Source of the DNA: Nitrosotalea sp.
GTDB taxonomy: Bacteria; Methylomirabilota; Methylomirabilia; Rokubacteriales; CSP1-6
Reading direction: 5' to 3'
Assembly: GCA_035519555.1 (NCBI GenBank)
Contig: DATIWG010000004.1
Span: 6,037 to 70,036, forward strand
DNA: 64,000 nt
The translations under genes and the position numbers were made by a program. Below, piece by piece: positions 44,873 through 54,039 of the stretch. Each line of letters begins with the position of its first letter. Position 1 is the first letter of the stretch. The notes under the pieces were generated by a model, which saw only the letters and a list, made by a program, of their open reading frames with translations, did not search any database and was not told the DNA's origin.

Positions 44873-45853
44873 ATGAGCGAGATCCAGCACCGTACCGTCG
44901 AGACCAACGGCATTCGCATGCACGTGGCCGAGCAGGGATCGGGCCCGCTCGTGCTCCTGTGTCACGGTTTCCCGGAGTCCTGGTACTCCTGGCGGCACCA
45001 GATCCGCGCGCTGGCCGCGGCGGGGTACCGCGCGGTGGCCCCCGACATGCGCGGTTACGGCCAGACCGACGCCCCCGCCGAGGTGGAGCGCTACACCTAC
45101 TTCGATCTCGTGGGTGACCTGGTGGGTCTTCTCGACGCGCTGGGCGCCGAGTCGGCGGTGATCGCGGGCCACGACTGGGGGGCGCCCGTCGCCTGGCACG
45201 CCGCGCTGCTGCGCCCCGACCGCTTCCGCGCGGTGATCGCGCTCAGCGTGCCGTTCCGGCCGCGCGGCGCCACCCGGCCCAGCAGCGCGATGCCCCAGAC
45301 CGACGACGCGGTCTTCTACCAGCTCTACTTCCAGACGCCAGGGGTGGCGGAGGCCGAGCTGGGCCGGGACGTGCGCGCCTCCATCCGCCGCCTGCTGTAC
45401 TCGGGCTCCGGTGAGGGCCGGGCCGCGCGCGTGGGCATCGGCGACCCCGGCGCCGTCGGCATGGTCCCGCGGAGCGGCGGCGTGCTGACCCACACCGCGG
45501 ATCCGGCCACGCTGCCCCCGTGGCTCACCGAGGCCGACGTCGATTTCTACGCGGGGGAGTTCGCCCGCACCGGATTCCGCGGCGGGCTCAACTGGTACCG
45601 GAACATCGACCGCAACTGGGAGCTGCTGGCCCCGTTCGCGGGCGCGCGGGTGATGGTCCCCGCGCTCTACGTGGCGGGCGATCACGACCTCGTCGTGCGC
45701 TTCCGCGGGATGGACCAGCTCATCCCCAATCTCTCGAAGTTCGTGCCCGACCTCCGCAAGACGATCATGCTGCCCGGCTGCGGCCACTGGACGCAGCAGG
45801 AGCGTCCCGCCGAGGTCAACGCCGCGATGCTCGAGTTCCTGAAGAGCCGCTAG
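44873..45853 (+). CDS. Epoxide hydrolase (EphA-like alpha/beta hydrolase)
   Basis: HGFPESWYSWRHQ, PDMRGYG, GHDWGA, GLNWYRN, GHWTQQE. Confidence 0.9.
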   Translation: MSEIQHRTVETNGIRMHVAEQGSGPLVLLCHGFPESWYSWRHQIRALAAAGYRAVAPDMRGYGQTDAPAEVERYTYFDLVGDLVGLLDALGAESAVIAGHDWGAPVAWHAALLRPDRFRAVIALSVPFRPRGATRPSSAMPQTDDAVFYQLYFQTPGVAEAELGRDVRASIRRLLYSGSGEGRAARVGIGDPGAVGMVPRSGGVLTHTADPATLPPWLTEADVDFYAGEFARTGFRGGLNWYRNIDRNWELLAPFAGARVMVPALYVAGDHDLVVRFRGMDQLIPNLSKFVPDLRKTIMLPGCGHWTQQERPAEVNAAMLEFLKSR

Positions 45854-46898
45854 CCTCCAGCGTGGGCCTCACCTCGTCGGCGAACAGGCGCATCGACCGC
45901 AGGGCCAGGTCGGTCGGCAGCCCCGGCAGCGCCATCAGCAGGAGGACGTGCTCGTAGCCGGTGGCGTCGAGGTACTTCTGGAGACCGTCCCTCACCTCGT
46001 GCGGAGTCCCGATCAACGCCCAGCCGTCCGCGAGATAGTCGTGGAAGGCCCGCAGCCGGAGCAGGGAGCGATCGAACGAGCCGGGCACGGTGCCCCCGGT
46101 CGAGTCGGAGCGCAGCACCGACATCTTGCGCTGATAACCCATGAACGGCGCCTCGGTGGCCCGGAGGGCCTCGTCGCGCGTGGGCGCCACGTGGACGACC
46201 CGCATCCCCCAGGCCTGGCGCTCGAGGGCACCGATCTCGGCCTCGGACCGTCCCGCGGCCAGCGACGCCTCGCGATACACGCGGTGGCGCCGCTCCAGCT
46301 CCACGATCGGCACGAAGAAGGACGACAGCGTGGGCAGGCCCAGGCGCGCCGCCGAGAGCACGCTGTCCTCGCTGTTGGCCGCGATGTACAGCGGCGGATG
46401 CGGTCGCTGGACGGGTCGCGGCCGCATGTGCAGGCGCTCGGCAGCGTGAAAGCGCCCGGCGAAGTCGAACGGCGCGCCGCTCCAGCAGCGCTGCATCAGC
46501 GCGATGCCCTCCTCGACGCGGGCCCGGCTGTCGTCGCGGTCGGACTGGAAGGTCTGGTAGTCCTGGAGCGTGCCGCCGCGCCCGATGCCCACGTCGAGCC
46601 GCCCGCCGCTCATCACGTCGAGCACCGCGAGCTGCTCGGCCAGGTCCACCGGATGATGGAGCGGCAGCAGGCTCACGCCCATGCCGAGGCGTAGGGTAGT
46701 GGTCCGCGCCGCCACGTAGGACGCGAGCACGGTGGGCGCGGGGCAGAGCCCGTAGTCATTGAAGTGATGCTCGGCGATCCAGACCGAGGAGTACCCGAGG
46801 CCCTCGGCGGCCAGCATCTGCTCGAGCCCCGAGTCGTAGACCGCCTGCTCGCTCCACTGCTCGTCCCGCTGCATGAGATAGAACAGCCCGAAGTCCAT
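45816..46898 (-). CDS. LLM-class flavin-dependent oxidoreductase
   Basis: WIAEHHF, LPLHHPVDLAEQLA.LD..SGGRLDVGIGRG, PRPVQRPHPP. Confidence 0.9.
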   Translation of the reverse strand: MDFGLFYLMQRDEQWSEQAVYDSGLEQMLAAEGLGYSSVWIAEHHFNDYGLCPAPTVLASYVAARTTTLRLGMGVSLLPLHHPVDLAEQLAVLDVMSGGRLDVGIGRGGTLQDYQTFQSDRDDSRARVEEGIALMQRCWSGAPFDFAGRFHAAERLHMRPRPVQRPHPPLYIAANSEDSVLSAARLGLPTLSSFFVPIVELERRHRVYREASLAAGRSEAEIGALERQAWGMRVVHVAPTRDEALRATEAPFMGYQRKMSVLRSDSTGGTVPGSFDRSLLRLRAFHDYLADGWALIGTPHEVRDGLQKYLDATGYEHVLLLMALPGLPTDLALRSMRLFADEVRPTLEASGSSGTRASRR

Positions 46899-46906
46899 CC
46901 GGTCCT

Positions 46907-46948
46907 CCCCCGGTCAGTCGCCCCCGGTCAGTCGCCCCCGGTCAGTCG
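46907..46948. repeat. Tandem repeat, 3 x 14 bp (CCCCCGGTCAGTCG)
   Basis: Three exact copies read directly from the sequence; they span the upstream stop codon and end at the RBS of the LLM gene. Confidence 0.95.
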
Positions 46949-47280
46949 ATTGTCTCGAGCTGCGCGTCGATCGACAGCGTCACGCCGGATTCCACCACTC
47001 GCAGATGCTGGCGGTGCTCGATGGCTCCGGGCCTGAGCCGTTTCTCCGTCCAGAAAACCTCGAACACCCCGGCCTCGAGCGGGATCGGACTCCGCCGCGG
47101 CACCGAGAAGTCGGCCGGGTCCCTCTCGCGGGCTCGCTGATCGTACAGCCCTTCGGTCCGGCGGCGCAATTCATCGGTGGGCATGAGGTTCCGGACGGTC
47201 CAGCCAGGAGGCGGCCCCGTGGTGGTCAGCGCGGCCGAGACCGTCGTGCCCAGGATCAGCAAGCGGTCGGGCTCGTGCAC
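46942..47280 (-). CDS. Hypothetical protein (start uncertain)
   Basis: HEPDRLLILGTTV...FEVFWTEKR...LETID; non-repetitive composition fills the gap. Confidence 0.4.
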   Translation of the reverse strand: MHEPDRLLILGTTVSAALTTTGPPPGWTVRNLMPTDELRRRTEGLYDQRARERDPADFSVPRRSPIPLEAGVFEVFWTEKRLRPGAIEHRQHLRVVESGVTLSIDAQLETID

Positions 47281-47323
47281 GAGCCCGCCGCCCGCCCAGC
47301 TCGGATGGGTCTCGTCGAGGGCG

Positions 47324-48589
47324 TCATCGAGCCCGGCCGGCCGGCGGGAAGATCGCTCGCAGGACCTCGGGCTCGAGCGCGCGACCGGGGGCCCCCGGGC
47401 CGAATCGAGACTCGAAATCGCTCCGGAGCAGCTCGCGAGAACGGAGGGAATCGGGGCGCCGGAGCCCCGTGTAGACGTAGACGACCTCCGTGAACTCGTC
47501 GGGCGTCGCCACCGCGCGGCCGAGCCGGCGCCACGTCTCCGGGTCGGTCCAGCGCGCGTCGAGCGCCACGAGCCAGGCGCGCTCGTCCTGGCCGGGGGCG
47601 GGCCGGCTGGCCAGCGCCGCTGCGAGGAGCGGCCCGAGGTCGGGCTCACCGGCCATCGCCGCCGCGATGTGGGTCTCGGCCTTGAGATTGCTCGCGCGAG
47701 AGAGGCCGGCGGCGAGGTCGCGGTACAGCGCCTCCGGCGGCGCGCCCAGCCGATCCCAGCGCGCGAGGCCCGCTCGCACTTCGCGGAAGGGCTCGAGCCG
47801 CCCCCAGCGCTCGGCGTCGCTCCAGCCCGTCGTGTTGTCCCAGGCCATGACGAACGCGAGCGCGTCACCACTGGAGTTGGTGACGACCGCACCGCTCACC
47901 TGCTCGTCGAACACGTCGGGATCGCAGGGATGGTTACGAGCGCTGCACCAGGCCGCGGTGTACACCGCCCCTATCCGGTCGATGTGCGAGGTGCGCGCGG
48001 GGCCGTACGGCCGGCGCGGGTAGAGGGTGAGATCGGCGGCCCGCCGCGGATCGAACAGGGCGAGCGTGACCGGATGCACCGCGGCGAAGTGCACCTGGTT
48101 GCGCTGGTAGACGAGCCGGCCATCGGCGAGTGTCGCCACCGGCCAGCCGGCCAGGACGGCGCGGACCGTGAGGTCGGGCGCGAGCACGATCGTGCATTCG
48201 GCCGAAGGATTGATGTGGGCCCGCACGAGAAAGCCCCTCGGGAAGCGATCGAGTGCGAGCCCGGAGCGACAGTGCTCGATCGCGAGCGCCGGCGAGCTGC
48301 CGGCCGCCGTTGCCCGCGAGTCGAGCCGTGCGACCGTCCACTCGCGCGAGGCGCGGTCCCAGCGCGCGGCGTGGAGCTGCGCCGACTCGCGCTCGCCGAG
48401 GATGTAGACCACGAGCAGGTCCCGCGAGTCGTCGAGCACCTGGTAGGCCTGCAGGGGCTGGTCGACGGTGGCCACGCGACCGGGTGGCGGGACCCCTCGC
48501 GCCCGCGCGAGGCCGCCGAGCGTCTCTGCCCCCGCCGGGCCCGTCACGAGGACGAGCACCGCCAGCGCTCCCGCGACGTGCGCCCGCAT
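47324..48589 (-). CDS. Secreted hypothetical protein
   Basis: Signal peptide ending AGA-ET; HINPSAECT, QRNQVHFA, WCSARNHPCDP. Confidence 0.7.
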   Translation of the reverse strand: MRAHVAGALAVLVLVTGPAGAETLGGLARARGVPPPGRVATVDQPLQAYQVLDDSRDLLVVYILGERESAQLHAARWDRASREWTVARLDSRATAAGSSPALAIEHCRSGLALDRFPRGFLVRAHINPSAECTIVLAPDLTVRAVLAGWPVATLADGRLVYQRNQVHFAAVHPVTLALFDPRRAADLTLYPRRPYGPARTSHIDRIGAVYTAAWCSARNHPCDPDVFDEQVSGAVVTNSSGDALAFVMAWDNTTGWSDAERWGRLEPFREVRAGLARWDRLGAPPEALYRDLAAGLSRASNLKAETHIAAAMAGEPDLGPLLAAALASRPAPGQDERAWLVALDARWTDPETWRRLGRAVATPDEFTEVVYVYTGLRRPDSLRSRELLRSDFESRFGPGAPGRALEPEVLRAIFPPAGRAR

Positions 48590-48736
48590 GAGTCGATTCT
48601 AGCGCGGCTCCCTCCGCTTGACTTTGTCGGCGCGGCTAGGGCATAGTCCCCGCACTCAGCGCCGGTGTAATGACGCATCGGCTCGAGTTCGCCAGGGGTC
48701 CTTTCCTTCACGAAGAACGTGAGAAGGAGAGCCGCG

Positions 48737-50431
48737 ATGCACATCGACCGCCTCGGCCCGCTCGCCTCCCGGCTCAACCGCCGTCAGTTCCTCACGCGTG
48801 CAGGATGGACCGGCCTGGGCGCCACCGCGCTCGTCGCCGGGTCCGGACGCGCCCGGGTGGCCGCCCAGACCGCCTCGCCGTACCCCGACTGGATCCCGGC
48901 CAGTACCAAGCCGCCCAAGCGCGGCGGCGTGCTGACCCGGGCCTCGTCCTGGGATCCGCCGGTCATCGACCCGCGGCTGACCCAGTCGGTGGGCCTCTAC
49001 CAGTTCGCGGGCCTGGTGGGAAGCCGCCTGATTCGCTACGCCTTCCCCGACGAGGTCAGCGGCCCGGCCGAGCTCAGCCTGAAGGGCGATCTCGCGGAGT
49101 CGTGGCAGTCGACCTCCGACGCCCGAGTGTGGACCTTCAAGCTGCGCCAGGGGGTCAAGTGGCACAACCTGCCGCCGCTCAACGGGCGCGAGTTCGTGGC
49201 CGCCGACGTCAAGTACTGCTTCGAGGCCTACGCGAAGGAAGGGGCGCAGTCGTTCACCTTCCAGGAGATCGAGGGCATCGAGACGCCGGACAAGTACACC
49301 GTCCGCATCCACCTGAAGACGCCGAACGTGCTGTTCCCGCAGAACGTGGCCGAGCCGATCACGGTGCTGTTTTCCCGAGAGGTCCTGGAGGAGGACGGAG
49401 ACCTCAAGAAGCGCATGATCGGCACCGGCCCCTACACTTTGAAGGAGCACACCCGCAAGGTGCGCGTGGTCCTCGCGCGCAATCCCGACTACTTCGACAA
49501 GGGACGGCCGTACGTCGACGAGTACATCATCCTCTCGACTCCGGACGCCGCGACCCGCATGGCCGCCTTCCGCACCGCGCAGAGCGACATCATCTGGCTG
49601 GCCAGCCCCTCCGAGGTGGAGACGGTCCGCAAGACGAATGCCAACGCGGCGGTGCAGTCGTATCACAACACCCTGACCCCCTTCGGGGTGGCCCTCGCCC
49701 AGGACCGGCCGCCCTTCAACGACGTCCGGGTGCGGCGCGCCGTCTCCATGGCGATCGACCGGCAGAAGCAGGCCGATACCGTGTTCGAGGGGCACGGGAT
49801 CATCGGGTGGGGCGTGCCGTACATCTACTACACGGACAAGCAGCCCACCCTCGCCCAGCTCGGGCCGTGGTGGCAGTACCGCCCCGCGGAGGCCAAGAAG
49901 CTCCTGGCCGAAGCGGGCCATCCGAACGGGTTCGAGACAACGCTGTTCTACTACGAGTACTTCCCGCAGATGACGTCGCAGGTCCAGCTCGTGCAGCAGG
50001 ACCTCAAGCGCAACCTGAACATCAACGTGAAGATCACCAAGCTCGACTACACGACCTACTACGGCCGGTACGTCGAGAGCAAGTGGGACGGCATGTCCTG
50101 GGGCTTCCAGTCCGGTCACGCGATCGGCCTCGACGAGCGCACCTACCAGTACATGCACTCGCGGTCGACCAAGAACTTCTTCCGGGTCAACGATCCGGTC
50201 ATCGACGAGCTGACCACGAAGCTGCGCCAGACCCCGGACCGCGCCGAGCAGCGGGTGGTCACCAAGAAGATCGTGGACCGGGAGTTCGATCAGGTGCTGC
50301 GGATGTGGATGCCCTACGACAACGGCTTCATGGTCTTCCAGCCGCACGTGCGCAACGCGGCCGCCGGTGCGCTCCGCCGCACCGACGGGTACGGGTCCTC
50401 CACCATCTCGCGGGTCTGGCTGGACAAGTAG
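48737..50431 (+). CDS. Family 5 ABC substrate-binding protein with Tat signal
   Basis: NRRQFL twin-Arg; GDLAESW, FKLRQGVKWHN, GTGPY, PFNDVRVRRA. Confidence 0.9.
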   Translation: MHIDRLGPLASRLNRRQFLTRAGWTGLGATALVAGSGRARVAAQTASPYPDWIPASTKPPKRGGVLTRASSWDPPVIDPRLTQSVGLYQFAGLVGSRLIRYAFPDEVSGPAELSLKGDLAESWQSTSDARVWTFKLRQGVKWHNLPPLNGREFVAADVKYCFEAYAKEGAQSFTFQEIEGIETPDKYTVRIHLKTPNVLFPQNVAEPITVLFSREVLEEDGDLKKRMIGTGPYTLKEHTRKVRVVLARNPDYFDKGRPYVDEYIILSTPDAATRMAAFRTAQSDIIWLASPSEVETVRKTNANAAVQSYHNTLTPFGVALAQDRPPFNDVRVRRAVSMAIDRQKQADTVFEGHGIIGWGVPYIYYTDKQPTLAQLGPWWQYRPAEAKKLLAEAGHPNGFETTLFYYEYFPQMTSQVQLVQQDLKRNLNINVKITKLDYTTYYGRYVESKWDGMSWGFQSGHAIGLDERTYQYMHSRSTKNFFRVNDPVIDELTTKLRQTPDRAEQRVVTKKIVDREFDQVLRMWMPYDNGFMVFQPHVRNAAAGALRRTDGYGSSTISRVWLDK

Positions 50432-50459
50432 GGAGCGCGGGGGCGAGGGGCCGCGCTCA

Positions 50460-51410
50460 GTGTACAAGTACACGCTCCGCCGGCTGATGCTGGCGGTCCC
50501 CGTCCTCCTGCTCTCGTCGCTGATCGTGTTCGGCCTGATGCGAGTCATGCCGGGCGACGCGCTCACCGCGCTGATGGGCGAGTCCGGCAATATCGGCGAG
50601 CGCGAGCTGGCCAAGATCCGCCACGATCTCCGGCTCGACCTGCCGTACTACCAGCAGTATCTGTTATGGCTCTGGCAGATGGTGAGCCTGCGGCCCGGTG
50701 ACTCCATCTTCACCGGCGAGCCCATCTCGGTCAGCCTGGCCAAGGCGCTCCCGGTCACGCTCGAGCTGGCCGCGCTCGCGATGGTGCTGGGGCTGGTGAT
50801 CGCGGTGCCGATCGGGGTGCTCTCCGCCACGCGGCAGGACACGCCCTCCGACTACGTCGGGCGGGTGGTGGCGGTGTCGGGCCTCTCGCTGCCTGACTTC
50901 TGGCTGGGCACCCTGGTCATCACCTTCGCGGCCATCTGGTTCCACTGGATTCCCGCCATCGGCTACGTGAGCTTCTGGGAGTCGCCGGTGCGCAACCTGC
51001 AGCAGTTTCTGCTGCCCGCGGCCGTGCTCGGCTACCGTCTCGCCGCCGCGACCATGCGAATGACCCGTTCGACCGTGCTCGAGGTCCTGCGCGAGGACTA
51101 CGTGCGCACCGCCTGGGCCAAGGGCCTCGAGGGGCGCATCGTGGTCTACAAGCACGCGCTCAAGAACGCGCTGATCCCGGTGGTGACCATCGTGGGCGGC
51201 CAGCTCGGGGTGCTCCTCGCCGGCACCTTCGTGGTGGAGACCATCTTCGCGCTGCCCGGGATGGGTCGGCTCACCGTGGAGGCGATCCTGTTCCGCGACT
51301 ACCCGGTGGTGCAGACCAACGTGATGCTGGTCGCGGGCACCCTGGTCGCCCTGAACCTGTTCGTGGACCTCACGTACGCGTGGCTCGACCCGCGCATCCG
51401 CTATCAGTGA
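50460..51410 (+). CDS. Peptide ABC permease (DppB-like)
   Basis: MPGD, PVTLELA, EDYVRTAWAKGL, HALKNALIP, ETIFALPGMG, RDYP, DPRI. Confidence 0.92.
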   Translation: MYKYTLRRLMLAVPVLLLSSLIVFGLMRVMPGDALTALMGESGNIGERELAKIRHDLRLDLPYYQQYLLWLWQMVSLRPGDSIFTGEPISVSLAKALPVTLELAALAMVLGLVIAVPIGVLSATRQDTPSDYVGRVVAVSGLSLPDFWLGTLVITFAAIWFHWIPAIGYVSFWESPVRNLQQFLLPAAVLGYRLAAATMRMTRSTVLEVLREDYVRTAWAKGLEGRIVVYKHALKNALIPVVTIVGGQLGVLLAGTFVVETIFALPGMGRLTVEAILFRDYPVVQTNVMLVAGTLVALNLFVDLTYAWLDPRIRYQ

Positions 51411-51420
51411 AGGGCCGCCC

Positions 51421-52320
51421 ATGGCCACGGTGACCGCGCGCACCGCCGACTTCGAGGCCGAGCCCACCACCGATATCTCCCGGACGCGCGCGCTCTGGAC
51501 CACGATCCGGCGCAAGCCGCTCGGCGCCGCGTCGGCCACGCTGATCGCGGTGCTGGTGCTCACCGCGATCTTCGCGGACGTCCTCGCGCCGTACGATCCC
51601 CTCGCGGCCCAGCCCGAGATCCGGCTCGCCCCGCCGAGCTGGGAGCATCCGTTCGGCACCGACGACATCGGGCGGGACGTGTTCAGCCGCGTCATCTACG
51701 GCTGTCGCATCTCGCTCTGGGTGGGGCTGCTCGCGGTCGGGATCGGAACGATCGTGGGCATGATCATCGGCCTGCTCTGCGGCTACTGCGAAGGGCGGAC
51801 CGATCTGGTGCTGCAGCGGGTCATGGACGGGATCCAGGCGATCCCGGGGCTGGTCCTCGCGCTGGCGATCGTCTCGGTGCTGCGGCCGAGCACGACCAAC
51901 GCGATGATCGCGATCGCGATGGTGATCATCCCGGGCAACTCGCGCATCGTCCGCGGGGCGGTGCTCTCGGCCAAGCAGAACCGCTACGTGGAAGCTGCGC
52001 AGGCCATCGGCTGCCGCCACCCGCGCATCATCCTGAGCCACATCCTGCCCAACGTGACCGCGCCGATCCTCGTGATCGCCTCCATCTGGCTCGGCAACGC
52101 CATCCTGATCGAGGCGACCCTGTCGTTCCTCGGGGTCGGGACCCAGCCGCCGACGCCGTCCTGGGGGCTCATGCTCAGCAGCACCGGCCGCGCCTTCATG
52201 GAGCAGGCCCCGTGGCTCGCCCTCTTCCCCGGCCTCGCGATCAGCCTGGCCGTCCTGGGGTTCAACCTCTTCGGGGACACGCTGCGGGACGCGTGGGACC
52301 CGAAGCTCCGTCGAGGGTGA
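51421..52320 (+). CDS. Peptide ABC permease (DppC-like)
   Basis: HPFGTDDIGRD, HILPN, EATLSFLG, PPTPSWG, GDTLRDAWDP. Confidence 0.92.
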   Translation: MATVTARTADFEAEPTTDISRTRALWTTIRRKPLGAASATLIAVLVLTAIFADVLAPYDPLAAQPEIRLAPPSWEHPFGTDDIGRDVFSRVIYGCRISLWVGLLAVGIGTIVGMIIGLLCGYCEGRTDLVLQRVMDGIQAIPGLVLALAIVSVLRPSTTNAMIAIAMVIIPGNSRIVRGAVLSAKQNRYVEAAQAIGCRHPRIILSHILPNVTAPILVIASIWLGNAILIEATLSFLGVGTQPPTPSWGLMLSSTGRAFMEQAPWLALFPGLAISLAVLGFNLFGDTLRDAWDPKLRRG

Positions 52321-52327
52321 AGTCGGG

Positions 52328-53917
52328 CTAGGATCCGGGGCTCCCCACCACCACCACCTCGTGCCCGTCCACGACGCGGGCCGCGAGCACACGCCAGCGT
52401 GACGGCGCCCGCGCGATCAAGGCCTGCCATCGGGCGCGTGACGTGATCAGGACCTGTCCGGGTGTCGGACTGGCCAGCAGTTCCATCACCTGGGGCGGGG
52501 CCACGATCTCGACGACGGGGCGCCGCATGTAGAAATCGTACGAGAGCGGCAGATCCGGATGGCCAACTACGGTTCCGCCGGGGGCGAGATGGGCCGCCGC
52601 CGCCGCGGCAAGCGGACGCACGTCGTAGTCGCGCGCCTGGCGCGCCGGGTACCCGACGCCGGCGAGCACCAGGAGCGCGGCGAGCGTGAGGGCCACCGCC
52701 ACCGTCACGGCGGCCCAAGCGTCACGCCGGGCGAGCGGATACACCCCCGCCGCGCCCAGCGTCACGATCGCGGCGCCGACCGCGCGCTCCCACCACGCCT
52801 CGGGGAAGAGTACGGTGTCCTCGCCCGAGCCCAGGGCGGTGGGGCGGAGGATCAGCACCAGCACCATCGTGATGGCGTAGACCGTCGCGATCATGGCGGC
52901 GACACGGAGTGGCCGGCTCCTGGACGCTCCACCCCGCGCCACGAACTCGGCGGTGAGCAGGGCGAAGAGAGGATAGATGGGCACCAGGTAGTGGGACCGA
53001 GGCTTGCCCGTCAGTACGAGCAGCGCCCACACGGTCAGTGTCCACAGCACGACGCGCCGGCGGCCGTCGTCGGGAGCCTGGCGCCACCACCAGGGCCCGG
53101 CCAGCAGAAAGATGGACCACGGGAGGAAGGTGCCGAGTGTCCGCCCGATGCCCTCCAGCCGGCTGAGCGGGCTGCCGTGAAAGAACCAGGTGCCGTAGTG
53201 CGAGACGAGCACGTCCGACTGGAAGTGTCCGCGCGACTCGAGGTAGTACGGCACGATCCATGGCAGCGCGCACACCGCCAGGATCAGCAGCCCGAGGGCA
53301 GGGCGCAGGCGCGTGAGTGCCCGGCGTCCGTCGGTGCCGAGGACGGCGATCGCGGCCGCGGCCAGCGCGACGTATCCGGCCGGGCCCTTGGTCGCGATCG
53401 CGAGCGCGACGCACAGATAGAACCCGACGAGCGACCCGCGCGCCCACTCCGAACGCCACGCGCGGAGGAACCAGTACAGTGCCCACGTGAGAAAGGCCCC
53501 GAGCATCACGTCAGGGATCGAGAGGTGCCCGAACGCGAAGAAGGGTAGCGAGGTCGCCAGGATCAAGCCGGCGAGCAGCCCGGCCAGGTGGCCCCATAGG
53601 AGCGTGCCGATCGCCACCACGGCCCCGACCGCCGCGACGCTGGAGAGGACGGACGGGATCGCGCCACTCAGCTCGGTCACCCGCCCGGCCGGCAACGACG
53701 CGACCGCGATCGCCCAGAAGTGCAGCTGGGGCTTGTTGAGATAGAGCTGACCACGCAGCTCGGGGACGAGCCAGCGCTGGTGGTCGAGGATATCCTGCGC
53801 GAGCAATGAATAGCGGGCCTCGTTGGACGACCACAACACCCGCCGGCCGGCGGGGACGAGCAGAATCAGGGTCGCCAGGGCAAGGATGCCCGTCAGCGCC
53901 ATACGGTAGTTCTTCAT
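52328..53917 (-). CDS. ArnT/PMT-like (GT39/GT83) membrane glycosyltransferase
   Basis: EARY...A, WLVP...G..YLNKP, TKGP, PW, multiple TM helices. Confidence 0.8.
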   Translation of the reverse strand: MKNYRMALTGILALATLILLVPAGRRVLWSSNEARYSLLAQDILDHQRWLVPELRGQLYLNKPQLHFWAIAVASLPAGRVTELSGAIPSVLSSVAAVGAVVAIGTLLWGHLAGLLAGLILATSLPFFAFGHLSIPDVMLGAFLTWALYWFLRAWRSEWARGSLVGFYLCVALAIATKGPAGYVALAAAAIAVLGTDGRRALTRLRPALGLLILAVCALPWIVPYYLESRGHFQSDVLVSHYGTWFFHGSPLSRLEGIGRTLGTFLPWSIFLLAGPWWWRQAPDDGRRRVVLWTLTVWALLVLTGKPRSHYLVPIYPLFALLTAEFVARGGASRSRPLRVAAMIATVYAITMVLVLILRPTALGSGEDTVLFPEAWWERAVGAAIVTLGAAGVYPLARRDAWAAVTVAVALTLAALLVLAGVGYPARQARDYDVRPLAAAAAAHLAPGGTVVGHPDLPLSYDFYMRRPVVEIVAPPQVMELLASPTPGQVLITSRARWQALIARAPSRWRVLAARVVDGHEVVVVGSPGS

Positions 53918-54039
53918 TGGCTTGCCCCATTCTACTCGGGCTCCGGCCGCTGCTTGACATCCTGGGAGGCCTATGGGAGCGTCGCGGCCATCGAGCTCGC
54001 AGTCGCGGTGAACGTGTCGAGGCGATCGGGAGGCCCTTC

